Shown here one piece after another: positions 12,721 through 24,744 of a stretch of DNA of 64,000 nt; the stretch's first letter is position 1, and each line of letters opens with the position of its first letter. Both the position numbers and the translations under genes were made by a program. Under the pieces are notes generated by a model. The model was not told the origin of the DNA. It did no database searches and was given only the letters and a program-made list of their open reading frames with translations. This DNA is from Octopus bimaculoides (lineage: Eukaryota): contig NC_068985.1 in NCBI RefSeq assembly GCF_001194135.2, forward strand, positions 11,455,651-11,519,650, given 5' to 3'.

Positions 12721-12859
12721 GACGGTGTCGGAAATAGAGCAGACATAGTAAGAACGATATTTTAGGCGGTGGATGCGTTCAAAGACACCCGACGGCCATT
12801 TTGCCTTTCACCGCCGCGGAGTCCAAAAAAAATAACATTTTAAATCTAGCTTTTATCGC

Positions 12860-13230
12860 TTACTTGTTTCAGTCAATAGATTATGGCCATGCTGGGCCAA
12901 TGACTTAAACGATTCTTAGTCGTCGAATGTATTGACCACATTATTTAGTGTTATTTTAAGCCTATATTTCTCGTTGTCGAAGTTAGGCGGACGTAAAAAT
13001 ACCAACACCGGTTTTCAAGCGTTGTTAGGGGACAATTGCAGATACAAAGACACGCACACACATATGTATACGACTGCTTCCTTTCGGTTTCCTTCTTTCA
13101 ATTTCAATTTCCAAATCTACTAATCGTGCTTTAGTAGAAGACACATACCAAACAAGCCACACAGTGAGACTGAACCCGGAACTATGTGGCTGAAATCCAA
13201 GTTTCTTACCACATAGTCACGCCTGCGACT
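12860..13230 (-). mobile_element. SINE S2, diverged
   Basis: TTACTTGTTTCAGTCA tail through AGTGAGACTGAACCCGGAAC head. Confidence 0.7.
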
Positions 13231-14394
13231 CCTTTATAACATTTCAAAAGAAAAGAACAAAGATTAAGAATGTTAGCATTCAGGAACGGAAATATACATA
13301 TGAGATGACGTAGTAACTGATAAATTTCGTCCGGTTTAATATGAAATCCCGTAATTTGTCATCGCTAGAGCGTATTTGAGGATCGGTATATTCGATCAGA
13401 TGTAACGTGGAGCTAAATATATACAAGGTCAGGAAGAGAGACGCAATGACAACCACAACAACAACAAAACTACTACAACGGAAGCAAGACGCGTATTTAC
13501 CACCATAGCTGTAGTGACAAAAGCAACAAAACAAATTGCATGTGAAGTAAATTACTAGAAATATAGAATTTCGTTCCCGATAGTTTTGTTGTTTTTCTTT
13601 TAAGTTCTTGCAGCTGCTGTCCTTTAAAGCCCTGTTCGGGGAGACCACTGTTGAAAGACCTTCCAGCAGTGAAAATCTATTCGTTTTTATCATATTCCCA
13701 GGAAACCCAGAAGCACGTTAATCAATGCATTTCTTTTCGTTTTTGTTTTTAGGAAAATTCGCCTGTTTTTAGTTTCTTTCTTCGGAGAATTCAATGCTTA
13801 TTTATCGTTCATCTGACAACTTAATATCTATCAATATGAAATAATGTAAAAGTCATGAAATCAAATCAGCTATCGTGTATCAAATCATGTATGAACAGAT
13901 TCTTCTGAAAGTACCTGTGTGTGTGTGAGTGAACGAGTGTGTTTGTGAATGTTGTCCTCATCATCATTCTTGTCGTGAGTGTATTTAAGTATAAGAGCAC
14001 TATACGATTACACAGTTGAAAATTACTAGAAAATCCGTTGGTACAATGATAAGGGAGCGAGATGTGCGAGAAATATGAGAATGGCAGAAAGGATGATTTG
14101 CAGTTTTCTTGTTGCTCTTCGGGCGTCTTTGATTTTCATTAGACTTGTTCCAATCTAATAAGGTACTAATCAAGAACTGGGGTCGCCAGAATTGGCTAAC
14201 ATTTTTCCTTCTCGAAATTGCTGACATTCTGCCTTAATCAGAAACTATTATTTAAGGTTGTGGGTTGGGTTGTCAGAACTGTAAGAGAATTCGAAAAATT
14301 GCTTCCGGTTCTGCGTTCAAAGACACCCGATGTCTACTTTATCTTTCACCAATGTGGAATCGAGAAAAGAGAGGACAGCAATATATCTTTTATC

Positions 14395-14625
14395 ATTTGC
14401 TTGTTTCAGTCATTAGACTGCGACCATGATGCTGGCACCGACTTGAAGAATTTCAAGTCGAATAAATCGACCCGGTTACTTGCATAAAGCCTAGTACTTA
14501 TTCCATCGTTTCTTTTTTGCCGAACCACTAAGATACGGAAACATAGATGAACCGACACCGGTTGTCAAACAATGGTGGAGGGACACTGATAGCAAAATAC
14601 ACACACACAGACAGACACACACGCA
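14395..14625 (-). mobile_element. SINE S2, 3' half
   Basis: TGCTTGTTTCAGTCATTAGACTGCG...GCCGAACCACTAAG...ACACCGGTTGTCAA. Confidence 0.75.
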
Positions 14626-14870
14626 CAAAAATACTTTTGATTTATATCTGAAAGCACCAATTCTATGTATGTCAGTATCCTGACATGCAGTATTATATTG
14701 CGTACACATGCACTGCAGTTGCCCCTGCTGGAGTTGTTGCTGCTGCTGATGTCGTCAGCGACAATTCTAGTGTTCTTGGTGTTGGTCTTATTTGTGTTTA
14801 GCCACAGATAAGCACTTTGAAATCTAACATGTGGTCAAAGACATTTCAGCAACGATAACTAATTTCTTTG

Positions 14871-15075
14871 AGGCATCGAGCTGGCAGAAACGTTAGCGCG
14901 CCGGGCGAAATGCTTAGCGGTATTTCGTCTGTTTTTACGTTCTGAGTTCAAATTCCACGGAAGTCGACTTTGCCTTTCATCCTTTCGCGGTCGATAAATT
15001 AAGTACTGGGGTCCATCTGATCGACAGGACTACTCCCCACAAATTTGGAGCTTTGTGCCTAGAGTAGAATAGAGA
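14871..15075 (+). mobile_element. SINE S1 (tail a)
   Basis: GAGCTGGCAGAAACGTTAGCGCGCCGGGCGAAATG head, B-box, and GTGCCTAGAGTAGAA tail. Confidence 0.9.
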
Positions 15076-15731
15076 ACTAATTTCTTTTAATATCCACGAA
15101 ACACATTCGAAACTGTCCTTCCATTTTCGAAACGACAGAATTTGATATGAAGGCGCTTAGGCTGCTACACCTAACCAGTAAAATATTAGCTCGCGTGTGT
15201 ATGCATTTCTATGAAAGTGTGCCTCGAAGTTTTGCGACATTTTCTGAATATTAAGTCGACATTCCAGACGCCACCATCAATTATACACTCCCTTCCCAAC
15301 CCAAGTTTTCTATTTATATCTTCCTATTTTCTTTCATATGTATTTTATATTTTCTCATATATGTTATGTTCTCTATTCATGTGTACGTTTTGTTAACAAG
15401 TGAAGCCTGTAGGAAGTTAAATATGCATTGTCTATATGACATAAGGTTATATCGCTTTATCGCTCCATGGCGCTTTCTTTCTCTATCTGACTACCTCTTT
15501 ATCTATCAATCTTATTCTGTTCACATATATATATATATATACAGGCCGTGCCACAGCGTAGCACAGTCTACTGACTGAATTAAGTCAAAGATTATTACAC
15601 ACACGCACACAACACCTCCCCGCCGCACACACATATACACCCCACCCCCCCACACACATATTGTCGGTAAGACATATATCCGAAAAAGAAGCACAACCTA
15701 AGTTATAATGTAATATTAATAAAGTTATATA

Positions 15732-16002
15732 GGGACGGATTATGGGATTACTCTGCGTTTCACTCAATAAAACACTTCGTATTACGGCGTATCATTAGAT
15801 CCCAAAACCTGTTGGCTTAATATCTGTCTAGCGAGTGGCCTCTCACTATAGCGGCATTAAGCTTAATGCGCCTCGAAGCTTAATGCCCGTCTAGCTAGAG
15901 GCCACTCGCTAGAGAGGCATTAAGCCAACAGGTTTTAGGATCTGATGATACATTTATGGATTTTATGTACGAGTAACCCAAGGTGACCCCATAAACCGGC
16001 CT
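15732..16002. mobile_element. TA-flanked MITE with nested long inverted repeats
   Basis: Outer TIR TAGGGACGGATTATGGGA versus the reverse complement of CCCCATAAACCGGCCTTA (14/18). Inner 55-bp arms at 15789-15843 and 15897-15951 with about 5 mismatches. Central perfect palindrome GCATTAAGCTTAATGC. Confidence 0.8.
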
Positions 16003-16123
16003 TATATATTTTTATTTATGTCAAATATATATATATATATATATATATATCCCTAAAATGTAACCACATATGAATAGTTGGCGATTTTCTTCCCCCGTCT
16101 TCCCTTCTATTGGAGTTTCCTCT

Positions 16124-16159
16124 GTTTCCGAAGAAGAGCATCTGCTCGGAACGTTAAAC
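16124..16159 (+). ncRNA. Minimal hammerhead-like motif (U4C core variant) in a (TA)n-flanked short element (~16040-16260)
   Basis: GTTT-CCGAAGA-A-GAGC-atct-GCTC-GGAA-CG-TT-AAAC. Stems I and II pair perfectly; GAAA is mutated to GGAA in this copy. Confidence 0.6.
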
Positions 16160-16277
16160 CATCTTTCTTTCATTTCCTGAGCGTCCACTAAACCATTAAA
16201 TGTACCATATCATCGCATTATTGTTTTTTGTGTTTCTTCTTTCTTTGGATTTACTATATATATATATACTTACATAA

Positions 16278-16340
<63 letters not shown>

Positions 16341-16789
16341 TACACATGCACGTCCACACATACATTTATGGAGAATTCTGTGTCCTACTGCGTGCACCCC
16401 TAAATAACCCTCCATAGAAGAGTAGGACAGTTATCAGAACATACTGTAGGGTATTAAGCATAATTCTGTATTATATTCCTAAATTTTCAGGCCATTGCAA
16501 TCTCCAGTCGGGAACTATCATATTTCTGTAAGCGGTCGTGTTTTACATACCCCAAGGCAGTTTAATGTACGTATTTGTAACTCGTTCGCAAGGACGGTGT
16601 TTACAGTTACTTTGAGAATGTGTCCTACTTAATCTTCATTGGATTGTCCCGTGGAAGCAGAAACTTCGATGTCACTATGAAACTGTCCACAGAATTCCTG
16701 TTAAAAGTCATTATATGTATATACATACAGACACACACACACAAACACACACACATGTACATATGTATATGGACATACGTATAAATCCC

Positions 16790-16820
<31 letters not shown>

Positions 16821-17497
16821 TTTAACCATTCCCTGCCCTATATATCTATATATATATATATATACACGTTTATGTATGCCTGTGTGATGCAGACTACCGT
16901 TACGATGAATAAATATTCAGTCCGATGCTTAGAATGATTGCTATGACGTAAAAAAAAAATCTACATAAAAAAATAAATCTACAGTACTTACCAAATCTAA
17001 TATTGACTTTATCTGAAGCACACCTCTTCACCTTATCTATTTTAAGTCGCAGCATTTAACTTCACTTTCCATTCTTCGACTATTTTTATACTATCGTTTC
17101 CATTCGGTTTCTGTTTACTTATTTCACGTATGAAGAATGTCACAGTATACTTCGCTTTGTTATTTATTCGTTCGTACGCCTTCCCAGTCGTGTGTGCATA
17201 TATGTATGTGATGGCTTTCTGTTCCTCTAAGTGTATTGAGTTTGTCTGCGTGTTTCTGTGTGCTTGCGTGTGTTTTCCATTTTTTGCCTTTTTGTTTTTT
17301 AAGAACGTTTTTATTTTTTTATATTTCCTTTAAATTTATAAGCGCGTAGGTGAAGTAATTGCAGAATATTTTTGAATTTTTATCTTTTTATTTACTGACA
17401 ACTTGTTAGTACAAGCTGTTCTGTGGCTTAAATGCATACTATATGTATATTCGTGCATCTATAAATAGATATACAAATATACATAAATATATGTGCG

Positions 17498-17533
<36 letters not shown>

Positions 17534-17687
17534 CACATACTTACATAGATATATGTATATATGCATATATATGTGCTTATATGTATATGAGTGTATATAT
17601 ATATACTTATATATATATACATATATATACATATATATATATGCGTATGTATGTATGTATATATATATATATATATATATGCGTATG

Positions 17688-17739
<52 letters not shown>

Positions 17740-17912
17740 CATGTATGCATACGCACTTCCTTGTACGCATGCTAAGAATCTACATGTGGGACGAAAGTGT
17801 ATCGACCTAGTTGACAAGACGACAGTAAGAAGATTAAGTGCCGAGGTCCATTACTGTTTTTGTTGAGTGTGGGGAGAGAATTCTCGGGTTAATATTGACC
17901 TTAAGTATTTAG

Positions 17913-17943
17913 ATTATGTCTGGTTGGGTGTGGCAACGAATAG
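17913..17943 (+). CDS. Candidate exon E1 of an unidentified multi-exon gene
   Basis: tttag|...AATAG|gtaacc. Phase 1->2, reading (D)YVWLGVATN(S), and phase-compatible with E2. A longer start at 17868 is possible. Confidence 0.25.
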
Positions 17944-18145
17944 GTAACCTTCAAGTTGACTTCTCCCTTTCTGCTAAACAAATAAAATATTGGCACCTAA
18001 ACCATTCTGTTTTCTGTTCTCTTGAATCATGTGCACGAGGAAACATAAAAATAGACTAAAAAAAAAATCAACGTTGAGTAACCGTTTCTAGTAGCTGCCC
18101 AATTGAGAGACCTGCTCCTCGTGAGATAACCTTCAAACCCAAACC

Positions 18146-18463
18146 TTGTGGTATGAAGCTTACTTCCTAACCACATGATTCCGGGTTCAGTCTCACTGCG
18201 TGGCACCTTGTGCAAGTGTCTTCTACGATAACCTCGGGCCGACCAAATCCTTGTGAGTGGATTTGGTAGACGGAAACTGAAAGAAGCCCGTCGTTCATAT
18301 GGGAGTGGCTGTGTGGTAAGTAGCTTGCTTACCAGCCATCATATGGCTCCGGGTTCAGTCCCACTGCGTAGTACCTTGGGCAAGTGCCTTCTGCTATAGC
18401 CTCGGGTCGACCAAAGCCTTATGAGTGGATTTCGTAGACGGAAACTGAAAGAAGCCCGTCGTA

Positions 18464-18506
<43 letters not shown>

Positions 18507-19140
18507 GTGTGTGTGTGTGTGTGTGTATGTTTGTCTGTGTTTGCTTCTCCCACCATCGCTTGACAAACGATGCTGGCGTGTTTACGTCCCCGTAACTTAG
18601 CGGTTCGGCAAAAGACCGATACAATAAGTACTAGGCTTATAAGGAATAAGTCCTGGGGTAGATTTGCTCGACTAATGGCGGTGCTCCAGCATGACCATAG
18701 TCAAATGATTGTAACAAGTAAAAGAGTAAAGAGTAATATATATNNNNNNNNNNNNNNNNNNNNNNNNNNNNNNNNNNNNNNNNNNNNNNNNNNNNNNNNN
18801 NNNNNNNNNNNNNNNNNNNNNNNNNNNNNNNNNNNNNNNNNNNNNNNNNNNNNNNNNNNNNNNNNNNNNNNNNNNNNNNNNNNNNNNNNNNNNNNNNNNN
18901 NNNNNNATATATATATGTATGTGTTTGTTATTTGTGTATGTGTTTGTCCCCCTACCATCGCTTCAGAAACAATGTTGAGTGTTTACGTCTCCGTTACCTA
19001 ACGGCTCGGCAAAATGAGACCGATAGAATAAGTAGTAGGCTTGCAAAGGACAAGTCCTGGGGTAGATTTGTTCGATTAAAGGTGGTGCTCCAGCCTGGCC
19101 GCATTTAAATGGCTGAAACAATAAAAGAATAAAAGAATAT
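18146..19140 (+). mobile_element. Cluster of S2 copies: 5' half, full copy, gap, then 3' half
   Basis: Head plus CORE-like block at 18146-18296, a full copy at 18301-18735, an N-gap at 18744-18906, and a 3' half at 18907-19140. Confidence 0.85.
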
Positions 19141-19269
19141 ATTCTGTTTTGCGCCTCCCAGCGCTTTCACACCATTTCACGTTTGCATTTTTCGATCAGA
19201 ATACCCTTAGTTATTTCTGTGTTTATTTATATTTCATGGTTTGTTTTCATTCGAAATGTTTATCTTTTG

Positions 19270-19592
19270 CTCATTTCGTTTATCAGACTGCGGTCATGCT
19301 AGAGCATCGTCTTGCAGAATATTTGTTGAATGAATCGACACACTCTGTACATATATATTTTCAGCCGAACCACCATGTTACAGGGATTGTGAACTCTAAA
19401 AAAACCGGCTGTCAAACGGCAGTCGGGACAAACATCCATGCACAGACACATACACACACACTTCTAACCAGATCCACTCACATTCTTGTCAGCCTGAGGC
19501 TACATCAGAAGACTCTTGCGCAAGGTGCCACGCAGAGGAACTGAATATGGAATCATGAGGCTGAGCAGTAAGTTTCTTACCACACAGCCATG
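19270..19592 (-). mobile_element. SINE S2, diverged
   Basis: GACTGCGGTCATGCTAGAGCA tail and CAAGGTGCCACGCAG...TTCTTACCACACAGCC head. Confidence 0.7.
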
Positions 19593-19812
19593 TCTGTGCC
19601 TATGTTTTGTTTTTACATTTTTACATCTTAAAGTGTCAATTTCGATTACAGCACAATGAAACACGTTGCCTTTGCATAGCAAAGTATCTAAATTTATCCA
19701 TTATGATTTTCTCAGAGATTTTAATCTAAGACTTTAACCTAGAACATGTCATTTACACGTTTCCATAAAAAATGTGGTAACTTCACCCGTTCATATCTTA
19801 TCATTCTTCCAG

Positions 19813-19942
19813 TTGCGAAATATCTTATGTACTCATCGGCTTGGAATCACGTTATTGCGAAGAATACCCACTTGTTGCTGCATTTTTCTGTATAGTACAT
19901 AATTACACAATGTTTTCGAATTTTAGAGTGCTGATGTCTATA
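19813..19942 (+). CDS. Candidate exon E2
   Basis: ttatcattcttccag| acceptor. Open frame CEISYVLIGLESRYCEEYPLVAAFFCIVHNYTMFSNFRVLMSI. The donor ATA|gtaatt was chosen for phase fit. Confidence 0.3.
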
Positions 19943-20990
19943 GTAATTTTCTAACATTTTACCGCTTGACTACTAGGTAATCACCATACCGACTCTAATT
20001 ATAGTAAGGTAGATAATCGACTTTTTGTAGGGAAGATGGGTAACAGCTCCAAGTGTTATTTGACCGTTCGCCTGTCGCTATGTCTAGTTAATATAAATAT
20101 CGATTCTATAAATCTCACACTGTCACTTCATAATCACGGCAGTCACAAATTTTAGTTATTCGATAGGCAGGCAGTTGTTATCGATAAATTACGGTTAAAA
20201 AGGTTTATGGCGTACGGTACAATACAATTTCTATATAGAAACTCTCGACAAACATAAGTTTTACTTACAATTCAAGAATTATTGCTTAATTAAAATACGA
20301 ATTTTTTCTCTATTTATATACGCAACCTTTGTAGAAATTGGCCTATATAACAGAAAACATGCGTTAATTTGTTTAAAAACGAATGAGTAAAATCCATTTG
20401 CTGGCCTATATCACCATTTTCTGACTGTTTAATAATTTATAACTGAAACTGTGTCATACATAACTTGTCTTTCAAACACAAACTAGAAATATTTTACTTA
20501 TTTGCAAGTGCTTACCCAATTGTGTTTTTAGAAAGAGACGGCATACCATCATTCATTCGTCAAAACAATATTTGTTCACGATTGATTAACAAGTTTGCGC
20601 TTTACAATAAAATATTACCCAAGCGAATATGTAGGTAAACGTTCATTTCAGTCTTTTAATGCACTCCTCTTTTTATCTCTATTACTAAAGAGCGATGACA
20701 TAGCTGATTACATTCTTAGGATGAAATAGCTAATTGCATTCCGGATTTTACACTGAGGTTGGGCATGAAATCGTTTAACAGAAAAGCATAATTTATTTAA
20801 CAAAATGAATTCTATAACATTCTAAGATGGAGGAAACAAAGTACACAACAGAGCTTAGAAGCAGACAAAATATTTGTCTTGCTGAAGGCAATCGCTAAAG
20901 AGCTAAAAATTGCTAAAAATTGAAATTTTCTGAGTATAATTTGTACACTGGCTTAAGAAGTGTAATTTACTTATCTTCGTATCTAGCCAA

Positions 20991-21056
20991 AGTGCGTGGC
21001 CTAGTGGATGGGATGTTAGACTCACGATCGCTAGATCGTGGGTTCGATTCCTGGAA
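20991..21056 (+). mobile_element. Isolated tRNA-like SINE head running into (TA)n
   Basis: GCGTGGCCTAGTGG (A-box-like) ... GGGTTCGATTCC (B-box); no intact cloverleaf. Confidence 0.55.
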
Positions 21057-21091
<35 letters not shown>

Positions 21092-21100
21092 TTATTTATA

Positions 21101-21251
21101 CGGTAATCTCTCGCCATATCGCGGTTCATCTAATGCGCACATAGTACATCGCGGGTTTCTGCAGCCGGAAGGTATTTAAAATGTTTTAGATATTGATTCT
21201 TTCTGTTGGAGATTTTGGAACCTAACACCCGCGAAAGACGAGAGATTACTG
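21101..21251. mobile_element. pogo/Tc1-type MITE
   Basis: TIR CGGTAATCTCTCG / CGAGAGATTACTG with TA on both sides. Confidence 0.8.
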
Positions 21252-21252
21252 T

Positions 21253-21290
<38 letters not shown>

Positions 21291-21473
21291 GTATATATAT
21301 ACCGAAGTAAGCACATAAATGTGCAGCAAGGGGGGAAAAAGAGTACTCAAATACCAGAGGTAGAGTAATATGCTTTATTGAAAAGCAGCAGAAATATAAC
21401 AAAAAACTGTTACTAGGAGTTTTAGTTTACTCCGAGTAACAGTTTTTTGGTATATTTCTGCTGCTTTTAAATA

Positions 21474-21512
<39 letters not shown>

Positions 21513-21941
21513 CATACATACATCAGCTCATGTCATAGCTAAGATGCTATATTTAAGATGGCAGTTTAGCGAGAGTAAGTAATTATAAAACGATAAATGC
21601 GACATATTATCGATCTCTCACAGTTCGTATATATTATATAAAGTATAGAAAAATATCTTCAAATGACACATTTAATATTGCAAATTTTTAATAACTCACA
21701 TATATTCGAAAATTTATTGCAGATACATAAGAAAGAATGGTTTTAGAGGAAATGTTTCAGTAGAGTTTTCCAGCTAGTTAGGATGCCTTAGTGTTTTCAT
21801 TCAAATGAAAAATCAATGGTGACATCAAACTCAACAAATGAACAGCTCGAATGCTGATATTTTCCTCACTGTTGTACAAATGGGTCGTTTTATTTCAAAT
21901 CAACGTTAGGAGGTTATGAAACATGTATTAAGTTCATCTAG

Positions 21942-22068
21942 AAACAAGGCATATCAATAAAACTTACTGGAATATTTAAATACAATATGACTGCAATCGG
22001 GCGCATGGCAGGAGAGCAAATTAAAAATCTTAGTCTTGCAGAAGCAAAAAGCATACATACATTCGTAG
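21942..22068 (+). CDS. Candidate exon E3
   Basis: catctag| acceptor and perfect AG|gtaagt donor. 42 open codons: KQGISIKLTGIFKYNMTAIGRMAGEQIKNLSLAEAKSIHTFV(G). Two N-x-S/T sequons. Confidence 0.45.
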
Positions 22069-22104
22069 GTAAGTAGATACACACACACACGCACACACAG
22101 AGTC

Positions 22105-22455
22105 CCACCACCTGGTACCCTGGGCAAGTACCTCCTACTATAGCATCGGGCTGACCAAAGCCTTGTTAGTAGATTTGGTAGGCGGAAACTGAAAGAAGCT
22201 AGTCGTGTATATATATATATATATATTTATGCATGTGTGACTTTGTGTTTGTTCCCACCCCCACTATCACTTGACAACCGGTGTTAGTGCGTTTATGCCC
22301 CCGAAACATAGCGGTTCGGCAAAGAGACCGATAGAATAAGTACTAGGTTTACAAAGAATAAGTGCTGCTGTCGATTTCTTCAACTAAAGGTGGTGCTCCA
22401 GCATGACCACAGTCAAATGACTGAAACGTGTGAAAGAGTGAAAGAAGAAAAGAAT
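22105..22455 (+). mobile_element. SINE S2, 5'-truncated
   Basis: CCCTGGGCAAGT...GGAAACTGAAAGAAG...(TA)n...GGTGGTGCTCCAGCATGACCACAGTCAAATGACTGAAAC. Confidence 0.85.
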
Positions 22456-22619
22456 ATACATACATGCCTACGTACACACCACGCAGACATGCATACATAC
22501 ATACAAACATACATACATACATATTTACATACCTACCTACCTAGTATCTACCAACTTACCCACCTGTCTACCTACATACATTCATCTCTCCTTCTTTGTT
22601 TCTCGCTTTCTCTATCTGT

Positions 22620-22662
<43 letters not shown>

Positions 22663-23031
22663 NNNNNNNNNNNNNNNNNNNNNNNNNNNNNNNNNNNNNN
22701 NNNNNNNNNNNNNNNNNNNNNNNNNNNNNNNNNNNNNNNNNNNNNNNNNNNNNNNNNNNNNNNNNNNNNNNNNNNNNNNNNNNNNNNNNNNNNNNNNNNN
22801 NNNNNNNNNNNNNNNNNNNNNNNNNNNNNNNNNNNNNNNNNNNNNNNNNNNNNNNNNNNNNNNNNNNNNNNNNNNNNNNNNNNNNNNNNNNNNNNNNNNN
22901 NNNNNNNNNNNNNNNNNNNNNNNNNNNNNNNNNNNNNNNNNNNNNNNNNNNNNNNNNNNNNNNNNNNNNNNNNNNNNNNNNNNNNNNNNNNNNNNNNNNN
23001 NNNNNNNNNNNNNNNNNNNNNNNNNNNNNNN

Positions 23032-23075
<44 letters not shown>

Positions 23076-23725
23076 GTATGTGTGTGCGTTTATTTTCCTG
23101 TATATGTGCCTGAGCACGCATCTGTGTATTTATGTAAACACACACGCATATACATACATAATGGCATATAATATTTTTTATGAATGTACAATTCCATGAG
23201 AAACGCAGGGATTTGCCTAGAAGTCTATAGAACGCTTTTCTAAGTAAATCTCTCCAACTATGATAACATCGTGAAAATTACTTCCTTTCTCTCAATGAAT
23301 TTTGTTCATGCTTTGTTCTAATATTATGTTTGTGTTACTTTTTGTGGTTGTTTGTAAATAAATAGTGTACATACGTTGCTATTTTCTATTCAAATTTCTT
23401 CTTACCCTTGCATTACAGATCTAGCTATTCAACTGTTCACATTGTGACAGACTTCAATAATTCTATTTTGAAGTTTGAAATCTGTGAGAAAATCACATAT
23501 TCTCTCCAAGTTGAACACATATTAATGTAATATTTTTTCTTGGGCCCATTATAGGCATTTTGACAGAAAATGAATAGAATGTTTACGGTATAATAATTGT
23601 GAAGTTAAGCAGGGAGTATATACTTGATATATCTGTTTCTACAATAGGCGATTAATCGACAATAGATTTATGTAGTCTTCTGTTAGTGGAGGTATCGCAT
23701 TCTGGATATCCAAACTGATTTCTAG

Positions 23726-23790
23726 GAATTAGATCTATTTGTGGTTTGCCATGTTGGGCACCGCCTACGAGGCATGTGAGAAATGCAACG
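23726..23790 (+). CDS. Candidate exon E4
   Basis: tgatttctag| acceptor. Phase 1->0, reading (G)IRSICGLPCWAPPTRHVRNAT, donor ACG|gtattc (alternative CAT|gtgaga at 23775). Confidence 0.3.
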
Positions 23791-24266
23791 GTATTCTGAG
23801 CATTATCGTCACTGCCATATTTCTCATAATTCTTTACACGTATCTACTGAGACTCCTGCCTATAGTTCTGAGTGTGAAGCACCGACTGTCTCTTCAATTC
23901 CACTTCAGCCTTAGCCTGAAACACAGCTCAAATTTCCTTGTCCCTAGTAGATTTCGATTAGAATATTTAACCTCATACACATTGGTGAGTGTATCCTTAT
24001 GATTTCTCTTACAAAAGCATAAAAAGCCCATTTCTGTTTTGAAAATTAGTTGCACAACGCTTTATCTCCTAGACAAGTTAGTCGAGCAGAGATACACTAT
24101 CGTTTGTAACATAACTCGTTCATACCTTCTACATTTCCTTCAAATGATCCATAGAGACAAGTTGCTGATGGCAGCATTGCAGACAATATAATGTACGTTT
24201 GCGTGTTTGTTGCCCAATTTTGGTTGTTTTTTCCCTCTTTAATGTTTATTAAACCTGCTTCTGTAG

Positions 24267-24453
24267 TTTCAAACAATTTACACTTATTCGGCGCTCCTAC
24301 TTTCTAGGTACTACCTACTCACAAACACAATGGCTGCATTAATGAAATACCAACGAACAAATGTAACTGTTGATTGGGAAAATCTGATAATACGAAACAT
24401 TGTTTCTTATACCCAAAGCAATGTGGTGAAAGCTTATCTATTTCGAAGCGTTG
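24267..24453 (+). CDS. Candidate exon E5
   Basis: cctgcttctgtag| acceptor and G|gtcagt donor. 62 open codons: FQTIYTYSALLLSRYYLLTNTMAALMKYQRTNVTVDWENLIIRNIVSYTQSNVVKAYLFRSV. Confidence 0.45.
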
Positions 24454-24554
24454 GTCAGTTTAAGAAAAGGAGATCATCTCAGCATAATATTATTCATAAA
24501 ATAATTTCGTAATGGTAATTCTATGAGAACAGCTATGTGTCCACTGATAGTTCA

Positions 24555-24591
<37 letters not shown>

Positions 24592-24688
24592 TTGAAGAAG
24601 AAAAACAAGAAGAAGAATGGTTTCTGTTCTGAAAAGTTTCTGATTGGAATCAAACAGACGTTTTTTTTGTTTTGTTTTTTTTTTGTAG

Positions 24689-24744
24689 CGTGGGTCCATG
24701 GTGACTACCGAAGCCTGTTCTTGACTAGTACATTATTGTATTGA
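24689..24744 (+). CDS. Candidate exon E6 (coding part ends at TGA; the exon appears to continue to 24768)
   Basis: Long poly-T tract with gtag| acceptor. Phase 1 matches E5, reading (A)WVHGDYRSLFLTSTLLY*. Strong donor AAA|gtgagt at 24768. Confidence 0.35.

Noticed and set aside
19813-19976. Reading E2 through a 1-nt frameshift to resemble a receptor guanylyl cyclase motif
   Set aside because: It needs an assumed indel or a 32-nt intron; the similarity is subjective and cannot be verified without a profile search.
20090-20190. DRE-like TATCGATA motif as a promoter
   Set aside because: A single short motif in AT-rich DNA, with no other support.
23739-24002. 87-aa ORF with a hydrophobic stretch and a strong gtgagt donor at 23985
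   Set aside because: Its phase does not join E3 and its composition is Leu/Ser-biased. The opposite strand also has a long frame, so the assignment is ambiguous; it is not called, though not excluded.
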